A stretch of 64,000 bases of DNA, from positions 21,328,001 through 21,392,000 of the forward strand of contig NC_135806.1 in NCBI RefSeq assembly GCF_964213995.1, given 5' to 3'. This DNA comes from Mustelus asterias. Taxonomy: Eukaryota. Of the stretch, positions 61,775 to 64,000 are shown piece after piece (position 1 is the stretch's first letter; each line of letters starts with the position of its first letter). The notes under the pieces were generated by a model. It saw only the letters and a list, made by a program, of their open reading frames with translations. It did no database searches and was not told the DNA's origin. The position numbers were made by a program, and so were the translations under genes.

Positions 61775-64000
61775 CTCACAGAAACTTGGCTACAGGGGGG
61801 GCAGGACTGGCAGCTCAATGTTCCAGGGTTCCGATGTTTCAGACGTGATAGAGGCATAGGGATGAAGAGTGGGGGGGTGGCATTGCTAGTCAGGGAAAAT
61901 GTTACAGCAGTGCTCAGGCAGGACAGATTAGAGGGCTTGTCTACCGAGGCCATATGGGTGGAGCTGAGAAACAGGAAAGGAATGACCACATTAATGGGGT
62001 GTATTATAGACCACCCAATAGTCAGCGAGAATTGGAGGAGCAAATCTGCAAAGATAGCAGACAACTGCAGGAAACATAAAGTTGTGATAGTAGGGGATTT
62101 TAATTTTCCACATATAGATTGGGACTCCCATACTGTTAAAGGTCTAGACGGGTTACAGCTTGTAAAATGTGTTCAGGAAAATTTTCTAAATCAATATATA
62201 GAGATACCAACTAGAGAGGATGTAATATTAGATCTCCTATTAGGAAACGAGTTAGGACAAGTGACGGAAGTGTGTGATGGGGAACACTTTGGTTCCAGTG
62301 ATCATAACGCCATTAGTTTCAACTTGATCATGGATAAAGATAGATCTGGTCCTCGGGTTGAGGTTCTAAACTGGAAAAAGGCCCAATTTGAAGAAATGAG
62401 AAAGGATCTAAAAAGCGTGGATTGGGACAGGCTGTTCTCTGGCAAGGATGTGATTGGTAAGTGGGAGGCCTTCAAAGGAGAAATTTTGAGAGTGCAGAGT
62501 TTGTATGTTCCTGTCAGGGTTAAAGGCAAAGTGAATAAGAATAAGGAACCTTGGTTCTTGAGGGATATTGGAACTCTGATAAAGAACAGAGAGATGTATG
62601 ACATGTATAGGCAACAGGGAGCAAATAAGATACTTGAGGAGGATAAAAAGTGCAAGAAACTACTTAAGAAAGAAATCAGGAGGGCTAAAAGGAGACATGA
62701 GGTTGCATTGGCAGACAAGGTGAAGGATAATCCTAAGAGCTTCTACAGGAATATTAAGAGCAAAAGGATAGTAAGGGATAAAATTGGTCCTCTTGAAGAT
62801 CAGAGCGGTCGGCTATGTATGGAACCAAAAGAAATGGGGGAGATATTAAATGGGTTTTTTGCATCCGTATTTACTAAGGAAACTGGCATGGAGTCTATGG
62901 AAATAAGGCAAACAAGTAGGGAGGTCATGGAACCTATACAGATTAAAGGGGAGGAGGTGCTTGCTGTCTTGAGGCAAATCAGAGTAGATAAATCCCCAGG
63001 ACCAGACAGGGTATTCTCTCGGACCTTGAATGAGACTAGTGTTGAAATTGCACGGGCTCTGGCAGATATATTTAAAATGTCGGTATCCACGGGTGAGGTG
63101 CCGGATGATTGGAGGATAGCTCCGTTGTTTAAAAAATGCTCAAAAAGTAATGCGGGAAATTATAGGCCGGTAAGTTTGACGTCAGTAGTAGGTAAATTAT
63201 TGGAAGGTGTACTAAGAGATAGGATCTACAAATATTTGGATAGACAGGGGAGAGTCAACTAGGGAGAGTCAACATGGCTTTGTGCATGGTAGGTCAAGTT
63301 TAACCAATCTATTAGAGTTTTTCAAGGAGGTTACCAGGAAAGTGGATGAAGAGAAGGCAGTGGATGTTGTCTACATGGACTTCAGTAAGGCCTTTGACAA
63401 GGTCCCGCATGGGAGGCTAGTTAGATCATAGATACCCTACAGTACAGAAAGAGGCCATTTGGCCCATCGAGCCTGCACCGACCACAATCCCACCCAGGCC
63501 CTACCCCCACATCCCAACATATTTGCCCACTAATCCCTCTAACCAACACATCTCAGGACACTAAGGGGCAATTTTAGCATGGCCAATCGTCCTAACCCGC
63601 ACATCTTTGGACTGTGGGAGGAAACCAGAGCACCCGGAGGAAACCCAGTTAGGAAGGTTCAGTCGCTAGGTATACATGGAGAGGTAGTAAATTGGATTAG
63701 ACATTGGCTCAATGGAAGAAGCCAGAGAATGGTAGTGGAGGGTTGCTTCTCTGAGTGGAGGCCTGTGACTAGTGGTGTGCCACAGGGATCAGTGCTAGGT
63801 CCATTGTTGTTTGTCATCTATATCAATGATCTGGATGATAATGTGGTAAATTGGATCATCAAATTTGCTGATGATACAAAGATTGGAGTTGTAGTGGACA
63901 GCGAGGAAGGTTTTCAAAGCTTGTAGGGGGATTTGGACCAGCTAGAAAAATGGGCTGAAAAATGGCAGATGGAGTTTAATGCAGACAAGTGTGAAGTATT
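61775..64000 (+). mobile_element. CR1 LINE ORF2 (endonuclease plus RT), 5'-truncated, runs off the window
   Basis: TETWL, GGVALLV, VGDFNFP, SDHN, KSPGPD, NYRPVSLTS, YMDFSKAFDKV, GVPQGSVLGP and KFADD. There are a few frameshifts and stops. Confidence 0.95.
63425..63646 (-). mobile_element. 5'-truncated V-SINE inserted in the CR1 RT
   Basis: 6-bp TSD AGTTAG at 63419-63424 and 63647-63652. Confidence 0.9.

Overview
This is eukaryotic DNA, most likely from a cartilaginous fish (shark); that is inferred from the repeat inventory. It appears to be a repeat-dense intron or intergenic region. No intact host protein-coding gene can be identified, and most ORFs in the supplied track are spurious frames over repeats. 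Repeats read directly: about 25 tRNA-headed V-SINE (HE1-like) pieces with two different 3' tails; Deu-domain SINEs; an L2-tailed tRNA SINE family together with its partner L2 LINE; several CR1 LINEs; Rex1/Babar fragments; a decayed Harbinger transposon with related MITEs; and four solo LTRs with target-site duplications (TSDs). An intronless, poly(A)-tailed NDUFS3 retro-pseudogene lies at 29285-30435 (minus). A near full-length RTE LINE has its 5' half inverted in twin-priming geometry. The most striking signal is a graded series of five insertions from one Penelope-like (PLE) family: 1652, 203, ~150, 91 and 40 bp. Each has a 12-14 bp TSD (diverged in one case), the same tail at one end, and an inverted terminal-repeat copy starting at the same internal point at the other end. 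The terminal repeat carries a minimal hammerhead ribozyme. A few splice-flanked short exons of an unidentified host gene are possible but unproven. Boundaries of old repeats are approximate; TSD-defined boundaries were read base by base.
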